DNA of 64,000 nucleotides from NCBI GenBank assembly GCA_964648865.1, contig CAZYLV010000004.1, forward strand, positions 2,740 to 66,739, in the 5' to 3' direction. The notes under the pieces are model-generated. The model had not been told where the DNA came from. It searched no databases and saw nothing but the letters and a program-made list of their open reading frames with translations. A program made the position numbers and the translations under genes. How positions within the stretch are numbered: the first letter of the stretch is position 1; every line of letters begins with the position of its first letter. Shown one piece after another: positions 20,142 to 29,771 of the stretch. Source of the DNA: an uncultured Gammaproteobacteria bacterium (GTDB lineage Bacteria > Patescibacteriota > Patescibacteriia > 2-12-FULL-57-11).

Positions 20142-21208
20142 AAGCGGACCCGCTCCCCCAACTCCTGCAGCAGATGCCTGGCCAGCTCCCAGAACGCTTC
20201 CCGATGGCCGATGCGATGGACCTCGGCGGCGGGCGCCCGGTCCGCAAGCGGGACGTCCACGAGCAGGGACCCCACGCAGCGCTCCAAGAGCATCAGCCGA
20301 TACCGCGCGTCGAAGGCCTGATCGGCGGCGATCTGCGGGACCGCGGCGGCCGCCTCACGCCATTCCTGCGCGATCTGCAGGAACGCCTTGGGCGAGGGTG
20401 CGCGTTCCGTGCCCGCGGCCATCAGGTCGACCCAGACGTTGAACGCCCAGTCATACCACTGCGGTCGCCAGCTCCAATAGGCGTTGCTGAACAGCACGTA
20501 GCGGTCGATGCCCACGACGCAGACGTCCCTGGGGCCGAGGTGGCCGTGGGTGAAGACCATCGGCAGACCTTGTCCGAAGCGGGCGATGGCCGCGCGATAC
20601 CCCGTGACGAGACGCGCCAGCCGCTCGGGGTCGAGACGCCGGTCCGCCCGCGCCGACTGGTGCATCGTGAGCCAGCCCTCGAGCCGTCGCTCCATGAAGC
20701 GCGGGGCGGTCATGCCCCCCTTGCTCAGGAAGAAGGGTTGCCTGACGGCGCGGCGGAACTCCGCATAGAACTCGGCGTAGCGCCGGCGCTCCCGAGGCGA
20801 CGTGCTGGGCAACGAGTAGATCCGCAGCCCGCTGACCCGCTCCATGACCATGAGGCCGTAACCGCGCGCCGCCTGGAAGCGCTCGTGCAGCCTGACCTCT
20901 GGGACGCGGATCTTCTCCGTACCCCCGCCCTCCTGGCGGGCCAGGTCGTTGAGCAGGGTGAACTGCCGCATCAGGTCGGCCTCCTCGATCTCCAGCTTGA
21001 TGCCCTGGAGCTTGAGGATCGCCGGTGCATCCCGATACGCGCCGACGACGATCGCCGTGCCCGCTTTGGACGCCTCGTAGAGGACGCCGCGGGCGATCTC
21101 GCGCTCCGGCGAAAAGCCGATGCGCGCCGAGACCTCCTCGACGATCGCGGGGATGCGCTCGCCGAAGGATCCGTCCGTCTCCAGGTACTTCTCCGAAACC
21201 CGGTTCAT
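20138..21208 (-). CDS. Aminoglycoside phosphotransferase/kinase-like protein
   Basis: AILKL, IRVPEV, MVMERV, VFTHGHLGPRDV and WYD motifs. Confidence 0.65.
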   Translation of the reverse strand: MNRVSEKYLETDGSFGERIPAIVEEVSARIGFSPEREIARGVLYEASKAGTAIVVGAYRDAPAILKLQGIKLEIEEADLMRQFTLLNDLARQEGGGTEKIRVPEVRLHERFQAARGYGLMVMERVSGLRIYSLPSTSPRERRRYAEFYAEFRRAVRQPFFLSKGGMTAPRFMERRLEGWLTMHQSARADRRLDPERLARLVTGYRAAIARFGQGLPMVFTHGHLGPRDVCVVGIDRYVLFSNAYWSWRPQWYDWAFNVWVDLMAAGTERAPSPKAFLQIAQEWREAAAAVPQIAADQAFDARYRLMLLERCVGSLLVDVPLADRAPAAEVHRIGHREAFWELARHLLQELGERVRF

Positions 21209-21248
21209 GTGCCCTCCGCGGCGACCGTAGCCGCAAGCGGGGAAAAGG

Positions 21249-22172
21249 TCAATGCGCCGCCTCCAGGAACGTCGAGGCGTCGATGGCCGCCATGCAGCCG
21301 GTGCCCGCGGCGGTCACTGCCTGGCGGTAGCGGGCATCGGCGACGTCGCCGCCGGCGAAGACGCCGGGCACCGAGGTGGCGCTCGAGCCGGGCCTCACCA
21401 CGATGTAGCCCTTGGCGTCCGTCTCCAGCTGGCCGCCGAGGAAGGCGGTGTTGGGCTCATGCCCGATGGCCGCGAAGACGCCGTCGACCTTCATCTCGGA
21501 GGTCTCCCCCGTCACGGTGTCCTTGAGCCGCACGCCGGTGACGCGCCCGACGTCGACGCCGAGGATCTCCTCGACCACGGCGTTCCAGAGGAAGGCGATC
21601 TTGGGGTTGGCCTTGGCGCGCTCCTGCATGATCCTGGAAGCCCGCAGCGCGTCGCGCCGCACCACGACCGTGACCTTGTTGGCGAAACGCGTCAGGAAGG
21701 TGGCCTCCTCCATGGCCGAGTCGCCCCCGCCGACGACGATGACCTCCTTGCCCTTGAAGAAGAACCCGTCGCAGGTGGCACAGGCGGAGACGCCCTTGCC
21801 GTACAGCTTCTTTTCGCTCTCGAGCCCGAGGCGCTTGGCCGAGGCGCCGGTAGCGATGATGAGCGTCTGTGCCTCGTACGTCCCGGACGCCGCGGTCACG
21901 CTGAAGGGACGCACCGAGAGGTCGACCGCCGTGACGGCCTCATCCTTGATGCGGGCGCCGAAACGCTCGGCCTGCTCGCGCATGGCGACGACGAGCTCCG
22001 GTCCCAAGATGCCTTTGGGGAAACCGGGGTAGTTCTCGACGTCCGTGGTGGTGGTCAGCTGGCCGCCGGGCTCGAGGCCGGAGAAGACGAGCGGCGCCAA
22101 GTCGGCGCGGGCGGCGTAGACGGCGGCCGTGTATCCGGCCGGACCGGAACCGATGATGATGACGCGTTCCAT
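21249..22172 (-). CDS. trxB: Thioredoxin reductase
   Basis: [18 protein letters not shown] and [10 protein letters not shown] motifs. Confidence 0.97.
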   Translation of the reverse strand: MERVIIIGSGPAGYTAAVYAARADLAPLVFSGLEPGGQLTTTTDVENYPGFPKGILGPELVVAMREQAERFGARIKDEAVTAVDLSVRPFSVTAASGTYEAQTLIIATGASAKRLGLESEKKLYGKGVSACATCDGFFFKGKEVIVVGGGDSAMEEATFLTRFANKVTVVVRRDALRASRIMQERAKANPKIAFLWNAVVEEILGVDVGRVTGVRLKDTVTGETSEMKVDGVFAAIGHEPNTAFLGGQLETDAKGYIVVRPGSSATSVPGVFAGGDVADARYRQAVTAAGTGCMAAIDASTFLEAAH

Positions 22173-22221
22173 AGACGGAAACGGACGGGGCGAGGCCCCG
22201 CCCGAATGAGCTGCTGGGAAG

Positions 22222-22542
22222 TTAGGAAAGCGACGCGAGCTTCTCGCGGAGCGCCTGTTCTGTCTGGAGCCCGACCATCTGCTCGACCACCTGGCCGCCG
22301 CGGTACAGGATGATGGTCGGGATGGACATGACGCCGTACTTCTGCGCGTTCGCCGGGTTCGCGTCGACGTCGAGCTTGCCGATCTTGACCTTGCCGGCGA
22401 ACTCTTCCGAGAGTTTCTCCACGATCGGCCCCTGGATGCGGCACGGACCGCACCAGGCCGCCCAGAAATCCACCAGCACGGGCTCCGCGGCCTTGAGCAC
22501 TTCGGCGTCGAACGTGGCGTCTGTCAGGGTCACTGCGGGCAT
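22222..22542 (-). CDS. trxA: Thioredoxin
   Basis: [10 protein letters not shown]; start at MPAVTLT. Confidence 0.96.
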   Translation of the reverse strand: MPAVTLTDATFDAEVLKAAEPVLVDFWAAWCGPCRIQGPIVEKLSEEFAGKVKIGKLDVDANPANAQKYGVMSIPTIILYRGGQVVEQMVGLQTEQALREKLASLS

Positions 22543-22543
22543 A

Positions 22544-24550
22544 TCATTTGGCGGGCTTATCGAAGACGATCTTGCGGGTCTTCTTTTCCTCTTTATGGAA
22601 GAGCAGCGTATCACCTTCCGCGAGCGGTGCCGAGGTCTTGACCTTGAGGCCGCCCTCGGAACCCATGCGCAGCTCGGGCACCTCCTGTTTGCCGCTCTGG
22701 ACGGTCCGGACCTCGCCTTTGGCGACGTCCTCACCGGCGCGGCGGGCCTCGAAGGACAACCCCTTAACGATGCGCCCGTCCTCCACGCGGCCGCCGACGA
22801 TCTGCTCGTCGCGCTCGGTGCGGAAGATGGCCAGCACCTGCATGCGGCCGAAGTCGGTACGCACGACCTCCGGGGTGAGCATGCCCTCGAGCTGGGCGGT
22901 GAGGTCGTTGAAGAGGTCGTAGATGATCCTGTACGTCTTGAGGGCGACGCCCTTCTCGCGGGCCAGCTCGGCGACCTGCGGCGGCACGGCCACGTTGAAG
23001 CCCACGATCTGCGCCTGCGAGGCCTCGGCGCGCAGCACGTCGGCCTCGGTGACGTTGCCGAGCCCCTTGGAGACGACGTTGAGCCCCACCTCAGGATGGC
23101 TGAACTTCTCGAAGGACACCAGGATGGCCTCGAGCGAGCCGAGCACGTCGGCCTTGACGATGAGCGGCACGAGCTTCATCTCCTCGGTCGTCTCCGGCGC
23201 CGGCTTCTCCACCGTGGCGATCTTCTCGCCGGTGGCGCGGACCTGCCGGACGCGCGCGAGCTTCTTGCCCTCCTCCGGCACCTCGACCACGTCGCCGACC
23301 TGCGGGGCGACCTTGAAGCCGAGGATGCGCACCGGCATGCCCGGCGGGGCCTCGTCGAGGTTCTCGCCGCGGAAATCCTTCATGGCGCGCACGCGGCCGT
23401 AGAGCTCCGCGCCCACGGCCAGCTCGTCGTTGCGGCGGAGCGTGCCGTTCTGGACGAGCAGCGTGGCCACGACGCCCTCGCCCGGCGAGACGTGGCTCTC
23501 GATGACCGTGCCCTGGGCGCGGCGGTCGGGGTTGGCGCGGGTCTCGTCGCGCTTGAGGTCGGCCACGAGCAGGATGAGCTCCAGGAGCTTGTCGATGTTG
23601 AGCCCCGTCTTGGCCGAGATGGGCTGCATCGGCACGGGACCTCCCCAGTCCTCGGGGATGATGTTGAGCTCGGCGAGCTCGCGCTTGACCCGCTCCGGAT
23701 CGGCCTCGGGCTTGTCGACCTTGTTGATGGCCACGACGAACGGCAGCTTGGCGGCCTGGATGATCTTGACCGCCTCCTTGGTCTGCGGCTGCACGCCGTC
23801 GTCGGCCGCGACCACCAGGATGGCGATGTCGGCGATCTTGGCGCCGCGGGAGCGCATGGCCGTGAAGGCCTCGTGACCCGGCGTGTCGATGAAGGTGATG
23901 GTGCGCCCGTCCTTCTGCGTCTGGTAGGCGCCGATGTGCTGAGTGATGCCGCCCGCCTCCCCGGCCGCGACGTCGGCCGAACGGATGGTGTCCAGCAGCT
24001 TGGTCTTGCCGTGGTCGACGTGGCCCATGACGACGATGACCGGCGGGCGCACGACGAGCGACGCGGCGGCCTCGGCGCCGACGGCCTGCTTGATGACGTC
24101 GCCGGTGGCGACCGGCTCGGCTTCCCCCTCCTCGGCCTCGGCCGCGCGCACCTCGAAGCCGAGGTCCGAGGCCACCACCGCGGCCGTATCGTAGTCGACG
24201 CGCTCGTTGAGCGAGGCCAGGATGCCGTTCTTCATGAATTCCTGGATGACGCGGGTCACCGGGAGCCCCAGCTTGGCGGCGAAGTCGCGCACCGTGATGA
24301 CCTGCGGCAGTGCCACCGGCCCGCGCTCGGCGGCAAGCTTCTGCAGCTCGGCCACGGCCGCCTCCTTGGCGGCGACGCGCTTCTTCTCGAGCATCTGCAC
24401 GATGCGCGGCCAGGACTCGATGATCTTCTTGGCCGTGCGGTCGTCCACCTTGATGGCGCGTCGGCCGATGTCGAAACCGGCATCGGGGAGGATGCCGCGC
24501 AGGTCGTCCGGCGGGACGCGCAGTTTCCGGGCCAGCTCGGTGATGTTCAT
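22544..24550 (-). CDS. infB: Translation initiation factor IF-2
   Basis: GHVDHGKT, GGITQHIG, DTPGHEAF and NKVD motifs. Confidence 0.97.
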   Translation of the reverse strand: MNITELARKLRVPPDDLRGILPDAGFDIGRRAIKVDDRTAKKIIESWPRIVQMLEKKRVAAKEAAVAELQKLAAERGPVALPQVITVRDFAAKLGLPVTRVIQEFMKNGILASLNERVDYDTAAVVASDLGFEVRAAEAEEGEAEPVATGDVIKQAVGAEAAASLVVRPPVIVVMGHVDHGKTKLLDTIRSADVAAGEAGGITQHIGAYQTQKDGRTITFIDTPGHEAFTAMRSRGAKIADIAILVVAADDGVQPQTKEAVKIIQAAKLPFVVAINKVDKPEADPERVKRELAELNIIPEDWGGPVPMQPISAKTGLNIDKLLELILLVADLKRDETRANPDRRAQGTVIESHVSPGEGVVATLLVQNGTLRRNDELAVGAELYGRVRAMKDFRGENLDEAPPGMPVRILGFKVAPQVGDVVEVPEEGKKLARVRQVRATGEKIATVEKPAPETTEEMKLVPLIVKADVLGSLEAILVSFEKFSHPEVGLNVVSKGLGNVTEADVLRAEASQAQIVGFNVAVPPQVAELAREKGVALKTYRIIYDLFNDLTAQLEGMLTPEVVRTDFGRMQVLAIFRTERDEQIVGGRVEDGRIVKGLSFEARRAGEDVAKGEVRTVQSGKQEVPELRMGSEGGLKVKTSAPLAEGDTLLFHKEEKKTRKIVFDKPAK

Positions 24551-24610
24551 GCGTGGCGCACTCTACCCGCGCGGGACACCCACGTCAACCGGTGCTATCA
24601 TGCTCCGCCT

Positions 24611-25360
24611 ATGCCGGACGCCCCCTCGGGGTTCCTCGCCATCGACAAGCCCGCGGGCTGGACCAGCCACGACGTCGTGGCCAAGCTCCGGCACATCACC
24701 GGGGTCAAGACCATCGGCCACGCCGGGACCCTCGACCCCTTCGCCACGGGACTGCTCATCGTCGGCATCGGCCGCGCGGCCACCAAGCGGCTGGCCGCAT
24801 TCCAGAAACAGGACAAGGAATACCTGGCGAGGGCGCGTTTCGATGGCACGAGCGACACGGATGACGTCACGGGGACGATCACTCACCCCCCAGCCGCGTC
24901 CGTGGGTGATGCGAAGCCAGGGCTCCCGACGGCGCGCAGCGCAGCGAGCACCGGCGGGATGGCGCAGCAGCAGGACCTACGGACGCGGATACAAGCCGCC
25001 TTCGCCGCCGAGGTCGGCACCCGCCCGCAGGCGCCGCCGGCCTACGCCGCCAAGAAGGTCGGCGGCAAGAAGATGTACGAGCTGGCCCGCGCCGGGAAAG
25101 CCGTCGACGCCAAGCCCGTCCCCATCACGATCGCCGCCATCGACGTCACGCGCATCGCCTGGCCGGAGGTCGACTTCACCATCACCTGCTCGACCGGCAC
25201 CTACGTCCGCGCCGTGGCCCGCGACGTCGGCGAGCGGCTCGGGACCGGCGGCTATCTCACGGCGCTCCGCCGCACGCGCAGCGGCGACATCGGCATCGAA
25301 AAAGCGCTCTCCCTGGAGCGCCTCACCGCGGACACCTGGACCTCCTTCTTATGGACATAA
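24611..25360 (+). CDS. truB: tRNA pseudouridine(55) synthase, with an in-frame palindromic insertion
   Basis: DKPAGWTSHDVV, GHAGTLDPFATG, CSTGTYVR and LRRTRSG motifs. Confidence 0.93.
   Translation: MPDAPSGFLAIDKPAGWTSHDVVAKLRHITGVKTIGHAGTLDPFATGLLIVGIGRAATKRLAAFQKQDKEYLARARFDGTSDTDDVTGTITHPPAASVGDAKPGLPTARSAASTGGMAQQQDLRTRIQAAFAAEVGTRPQAPPAYAAKKVGGKKMYELARAGKAVDAKPVPITIAAIDVTRIAWPEVDFTITCSTGTYVRAVARDVGERLGTGGYLTALRRTRSGDIGIEKALSLERLTADTWTSFLWT
24894..24988. repeat. 95-bp element with terminal inverted repeats inside truB
   Basis: CCGCGTCCGTGGGT ... ACCTACGGACGCGG. Confidence 0.6.
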
Positions 25361-25428
25361 GCATCGCCTGGATCGTCTTCGGGCTCTTCGTGGCGGCCGG
25401 CATCTGGGTCTGGTTCGTCATCGAGTAG
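25351..25428 (+). CDS. Putative 25-aa single-TM peptide
   Basis: MDISIAWIVFGLFVAAGIWVWFVIE*, overlapping the truB stop; C/G-ending codons. Confidence 0.4.
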   Translation: MDISIAWIVFGLFVAAGIWVWFVIE

Positions 25429-25444
25429 GACGCTCGACGTGGGT

Positions 25445-26401
25445 CTAGGACTCGGCGAGGCCCTGCTCGACCGCCGCGACGATCTCCTCGAGCGAGAGGG
25501 CCGTCGGCTCGATATGCTGCGGGTTGATGCCGCCGTTCTGCAGCGTGTTGGCCATGACGTCGTAGAACCACATCGGCAGCGCCTCCACCCGCCCCGGTGC
25601 GCCGAGCGCCTCCGCCGGCACGTCGAGGTTGCGCCGCACGGCCTCGGCGTCGCGGATGCGCGTCATGATCGGCCGCAGGTCCACGTTGCGCTTCTGGTTG
25701 CTGATGAGGTTGATGTGGCCCGTGCCCAGCCGCTGCACGACCAGGTCCACGTGGAAGTAGGCGCGCAGGAACCCGGGCAGGGCGATGTTGTCGCTCTCGA
25801 GCACGGCCACCTTCCAGGCGCCGCGCTTCCCTTTGACGGAGAACTCCCGCCCTTTCCCCGTGGCCTTGAGTTCCTTCCACTCCTTGGGGTTCTCCTCAAG
25901 CCGCTGACGTTGCTCGCGGACGTGGGCGCGGAAGAGCCGGAGCACCATCTCGAGCAGCGAGCCGGGGTCGTCGCGGTGGACGCGGTTGTAGGTGGACATG
26001 AGCCCGGACAGCCCGAAGGCCCGATCGAGCGGGTCGGCGGAGAGCGTCCCCTTCCCTTCCAGGTCGTCGCGCTTGGCGTAGGCCAGGAGCTTTTGGAGCG
26101 CCGGGTCCTTGTCGACGCCGAGCGTCTTCGCCACGAGCGTCGCCGCGCTGTCCTTGGTGGCGCGGCCGGCCGCCGAGTGATGGTCGAACATGCCGCCGCC
26201 CAAGTCGATGGGCAGCGTGCCCTTGGCCTCGAGCTCCGCCGCGGTCGTGCCGTCCGGCAGCGCCGTCCAAAAGACGACCTCGGCCTTGGCGATGCCGGGG
26301 AAGCGCTTCTCCCCGTAGTCCTGGAGCAGGAGCACCGCGGCGACGGTGTCCGGCTGGACCTTGGGGAAGATGGCGATGGTGTGCACCGGGCGCGGCTCCA
26401 T
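25445..26401 (-). CDS. DHH/MYG1-like protein (paralog 1, DHH intact)
   Basis: QPDTVAA...PIDLGGGMFDHH...SAATLVA; start at MEPRPV. Confidence 0.65.
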   Translation of the reverse strand: MEPRPVHTIAIFPKVQPDTVAAVLLLQDYGEKRFPGIAKAEVVFWTALPDGTTAAELEAKGTLPIDLGGGMFDHHSAAGRATKDSAATLVAKTLGVDKDPALQKLLAYAKRDDLEGKGTLSADPLDRAFGLSGLMSTYNRVHRDDPGSLLEMVLRLFRAHVREQRQRLEENPKEWKELKATGKGREFSVKGKRGAWKVAVLESDNIALPGFLRAYFHVDLVVQRLGTGHINLISNQKRNVDLRPIMTRIRDAEAVRRNLDVPAEALGAPGRVEALPMWFYDVMANTLQNGGINPQHIEPTALSLEEIVAAVEQGLAES

Positions 26402-26525
26402 ACCCGGACATTCTACTATAGATAAAAGAAACCGGCGGAGAAGGAGGGCATCCCGTGAGGGACGCGCCGTACCTTCTCCGCCGTGTGTCCCGCCGAGGCG
26501 GAATCGCGCCCGGAGGCGCGGTGCG

Positions 26526-27923
26526 CTACTTCCGCGAGACCTCCAGCGCCACCGCCTCGAGCTCCGCGACGATCTCCCCGAGGGGGATCTTCGTGGGCGG
26601 GGTGTCACCGTAGGAGTGGCCGCCGTTGAGGATGCAGCCGAACTTGGGATCGTGGAACCACAGGCGCGGCTCCCGCTTGAGGAGCTCGCGCGCGATCCGC
26701 TCGATGGGAACGGTCCGGTCCGTGAGCACCGAGACGTTGCCCTTGTCGTTGACCACCACGATGATCCGCACGGGGTAGCGTCGGAACGCCGCCCGCGGGA
26801 ACCGCGTGTTGCGCGCGACGGCCGGATCGACGTGGCTGATCACCACCCCGAACCCACCGCCGAACCTGGTGACGACCACCCCGTCGAGGAGGTCGTCGGC
26901 CTTGTCGTTCTGGATGGACGACTGGGCCACGATGTTGACGAGGACGTTGTCCCCCTCGTCCCAGACCTCCTGCTCGCTCTTGCCGAGCGCCACCAGGTTG
27001 CGCAGGTGGCTGGCGAGGGTGAAGTGCCGGAAGTCGGTGCCGGCCTGCGTCTCCTCGCGGAAGAGCGCGCCGTAGACCTTGTTGGCCTCCAGCGACTCCG
27101 TCGTCGGGAGGTCCAGCGTGCCCTCGGCCAGGCCGACCCGGACCTTGAAGTCCGCCTCGATGACCGCGAGCGTCCAGTCGACGACCATGTCCATGGTCCA
27201 GTCGACCGGCTTCATGGCCTCGCGCTCCTCCGGCGTCCAGGTGGCGGGCTTGCACAGCTCGCGCATCAGGTACACCACGGAGTTGTTCGCGTGCTTGAGC
27301 AGCCCGGTCCCGTTGTTGCGCCCCGCGAGGAGCACGTAGTGGAGCGCGATGCGCTCCCGCACGTCGGTCACGGTCCGCTCGACCACGTCGTGAGCGTTGA
27401 CCTCGCGGCCGCGGTACCAGACCGTGCCGGCGAAGGCGCGCTTGCGGCCGCGTTCGGTGCCGGTGATCCACTCGTGGGTGGCCACGAAGAGTCCGTCGAG
27501 GCCCCACTTCTGGATCAACCCGAGGTCCAACGCCACGCACTCGCATGCGCTCGCCGTCCCGCGGGTCTGGTACTTGTTCCGACCGAGATCGATCGGATAG
27601 GTGAGCCCCTGGCGCCAGCGGCGCTCGAGGGCCTCGGTCGGCCGGTTGCCGCCCGAGAGGATGCCCCGCGGGTTCTTGTAGACCCGGTCGCCGCCCCAGA
27701 ACGAGGCGTTGACCTCGCTCCACGACTTCCTGAGCCCGAAGGTCAGGAAGAGGAAGAGCGCGAGGACCTTCTCGAACGGGGGGTTCTGCGGGAGGATGAC
27801 GCCGTCGACCTCGTCGATCGGCATCCCCTGGATCATCCGGCTCTCGACCTTCGGCGCCGGCTGCGCCTTGCGGGTGCCGCCGAACTTCTTGTTGAAGGCC
27901 GTAATCGGGTTCTTGTTCGCCAT
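26526..27923 (-). CDS. Divergent paralog of 25445-26401 (paralog 2)
   Basis: YPIDLGRNKY...SACECVALDLG and WFHD...ILNGG...PTKIPLGEIV align with paralog 1; GAGGAG SD. Confidence 0.7.
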   Translation of the reverse strand: MANKNPITAFNKKFGGTRKAQPAPKVESRMIQGMPIDEVDGVILPQNPPFEKVLALFLFLTFGLRKSWSEVNASFWGGDRVYKNPRGILSGGNRPTEALERRWRQGLTYPIDLGRNKYQTRGTASACECVALDLGLIQKWGLDGLFVATHEWITGTERGRKRAFAGTVWYRGREVNAHDVVERTVTDVRERIALHYVLLAGRNNGTGLLKHANNSVVYLMRELCKPATWTPEEREAMKPVDWTMDMVVDWTLAVIEADFKVRVGLAEGTLDLPTTESLEANKVYGALFREETQAGTDFRHFTLASHLRNLVALGKSEQEVWDEGDNVLVNIVAQSSIQNDKADDLLDGVVVTRFGGGFGVVISHVDPAVARNTRFPRAAFRRYPVRIIVVVNDKGNVSVLTDRTVPIERIARELLKREPRLWFHDPKFGCILNGGHSYGDTPPTKIPLGEIVAELEAVALEVSRK

Positions 27924-28145
27924 CGCACTCTCCTCGTGGGCCCCGGGATTGGGGCGGGCGTCCCGCCTTGGCGGGACATTTTTGACCGTCCCCACCATGG
28001 GGCCGGCCGCCTAACCCTCAGGACCGAAAATCCGATCCGAACGGTTCGACGGCCAGCCAGGCCTCGGGAAAGCGCGTTCTAAGCCTGTGTTGTCAATGTC
28101 CGGCGCGTCATCGCCGGGCACGATTTGCCCATTCAATGACGGGCT

Positions 28146-28174
28146 TTTATACCATATCCTCCAGGTTTTGTCAA
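28146..28174 (-). promoter_or_regulatory. Sigma70-type promoter
   Basis: TTGACA-N17-TATAAA with extended TG. Confidence 0.7.
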
Positions 28175-28264
28175 GAGTGCCTGTACAGCCAATTTGGCTC
28201 AACACAAAGAAAACGCCGCCCAGCGAGAGCTGGACGGCTGCGGAATCGCTTGGGTTTTCGGCAA

Positions 28265-29473
28265 TCAGGCGAATTCCAGGGCCTGGATGAACCGCGTCTC
28301 GAGCTCGGCAGCCCCGAAGGGCAGGTCCCCGAGGTACGGATCGCCCTCGTGACGGTTGGCCACGCAGGCGCCGTGCTGGTCGAGGTAGATCGGGCTCCAG
28401 TCGACGAACCCGGGCGCCGAGGCCTGGGCCGCGCGCTGCTCGCTCAGACGCTGGCCGTGGAAGGCCAGGCGCAGGCGACCGGCGGCCACGATCAGCCGCT
28501 CGCGGACCGCGCCCTTGTTGCCGATCACCTGGGCGAAGAACCCGCCGTCCTCGACGCGGACCGCCACGTCCGCGCCCTGGACGTGCTCGCGGATCCAGGC
28601 TGCGGCCAGCGGGCTCGGGCTCCGGCAGACGGCCAAGGCCAGCGGACCGAGCGTGCCGGAAGCGTCCGGCAGGCCCACCGTGACGAGCCGACCGCTCGCC
28701 GACCAGTCGGCCTCGGCCTGGCGGAGCCAGGCACGGGTGGCGAGCGCCGCGCGCATCGCCGTCTTGCCGAAGGTCCACGGCCGGCGCTGCAGCCGCATCC
28801 AGGCGCTGAGCGCCGGGATATTGGCCGTCTCCGGCTTGTTGAGGCCCCCGGAGACCATGCGGTCGAAGAGCAGCCCGGCCAGCACGCGGCTGCCCTCCTC
28901 GGCCTCGGCCCTGGACGTCTTGCCGCGGTCGGCGAGCAGCCACAGCACGCGGACGACCATCTCCGGGGTGGGAGCCACCCCGGGGTACCACGGCTCGCAG
29001 GCCTTGGGGTCGCCGCGCACCCAGTCGCCCGGCTCGGAGAACCCGGCGGCCATGTGCATGCAGACCCGCTCGAGGACCTGCTCCGGGCCGCGGCCCTCGA
29101 AGACCCCAGCGCCGTCGCCCACCCCGAGCAGCAGGTATCCCTCCCGCTCGAAACGCCGGCTGAGCGGCTCCCCCGGCTCCTCCGCATCGGGCGGGGGCTC
29201 GAGGTCGCGCATCCAGTGCGGCCCCATGGCGGCGCGGACGATCCGCGCTCCAGGCTCGACCGAACCCTTCCAGTACGGATGGCGGGTCAACGCCGCCGCC
29301 GCCACCCAGCCCGCCACGCCCGTGCGCGGGATGACGATGGTATGCCGGAGCGGCACGCCCCTCTCCTGCGGCTCCTCAGTGGGAGCGTCGCTGGAGGAGG
29401 CGGGCCCCCAGGCCTGCGCTTGCCCCTGCCGGGCTTCCTGCCGCCGGTCGCGGCGCTTTCCCCTCCGTCCCAT
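28265..29473 (-). CDS. Highly divergent probable paralog of 25445-26401 (paralog 3)
   Basis: HTIVIP...VAAAAL, EGYLLLGVG and APGFVDWSPIYLD...VAN...L segments weakly match paralog 1. Confidence 0.6.
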   Translation of the reverse strand: MGRRGKRRDRRQEARQGQAQAWGPASSSDAPTEEPQERGVPLRHTIVIPRTGVAGWVAAAALTRHPYWKGSVEPGARIVRAAMGPHWMRDLEPPPDAEEPGEPLSRRFEREGYLLLGVGDGAGVFEGRGPEQVLERVCMHMAAGFSEPGDWVRGDPKACEPWYPGVAPTPEMVVRVLWLLADRGKTSRAEAEEGSRVLAGLLFDRMVSGGLNKPETANIPALSAWMRLQRRPWTFGKTAMRAALATRAWLRQAEADWSASGRLVTVGLPDASGTLGPLALAVCRSPSPLAAAWIREHVQGADVAVRVEDGGFFAQVIGNKGAVRERLIVAAGRLRLAFHGQRLSEQRAAQASAPGFVDWSPIYLDQHGACVANRHEGDPYLGDLPFGAAELETRFIQALEFA

Positions 29474-29526
29474 TCCGTTCCTCCTCTCGTTTCCCTCGTC
29501 CTCCGGACCATCCGGAAAGACCGGTC

Positions 29527-29555
29527 AATCTAGCACAATTCTTGCTCCCGGTCAA
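29527..29555 (-). promoter_or_regulatory. Sigma70-type promoter
   Basis: TTGACC-N17-TAGATT with extended TG. Confidence 0.6.
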
Positions 29556-29596
29556 CCCCCGTGCTAGAGTCGCCGAAGAGTCTTGAATCGTACCTG

Positions 29597-29747
29597 CGGC
29601 ACTCCACGCACCGGTCGTACCTGTCGCCGATAGGGAAACTGCCATGAGGAACGCACTCGCATCGTCTCTCGCTCCGTCCGGACGGCCGACCGCGCTCGGC
29701 CGGCCTTTGCGTTGACTCCCGACACGTTTCCACGGTGAGAGGTGCCG
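29597..29747 (+). ncRNA. Candidate long irregular hairpin RNA upstream of rny (6S-like position)
   Basis: Nested pairs CGGCAC/GTGCCG, CACCG/CGGTG, TGTCG/CGACA and AACGCA/TGCGTT. Confidence 0.35.
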
Positions 29748-29771
29748 GCGCCGGAAGGCCGCCTGACACCT

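Noticed and set aside
22310-25360. 1016-aa ORF suggesting a fused TruB
   Set aside because: The N-terminal part is antisense to infB/trxA; the real truB starts at 24611.
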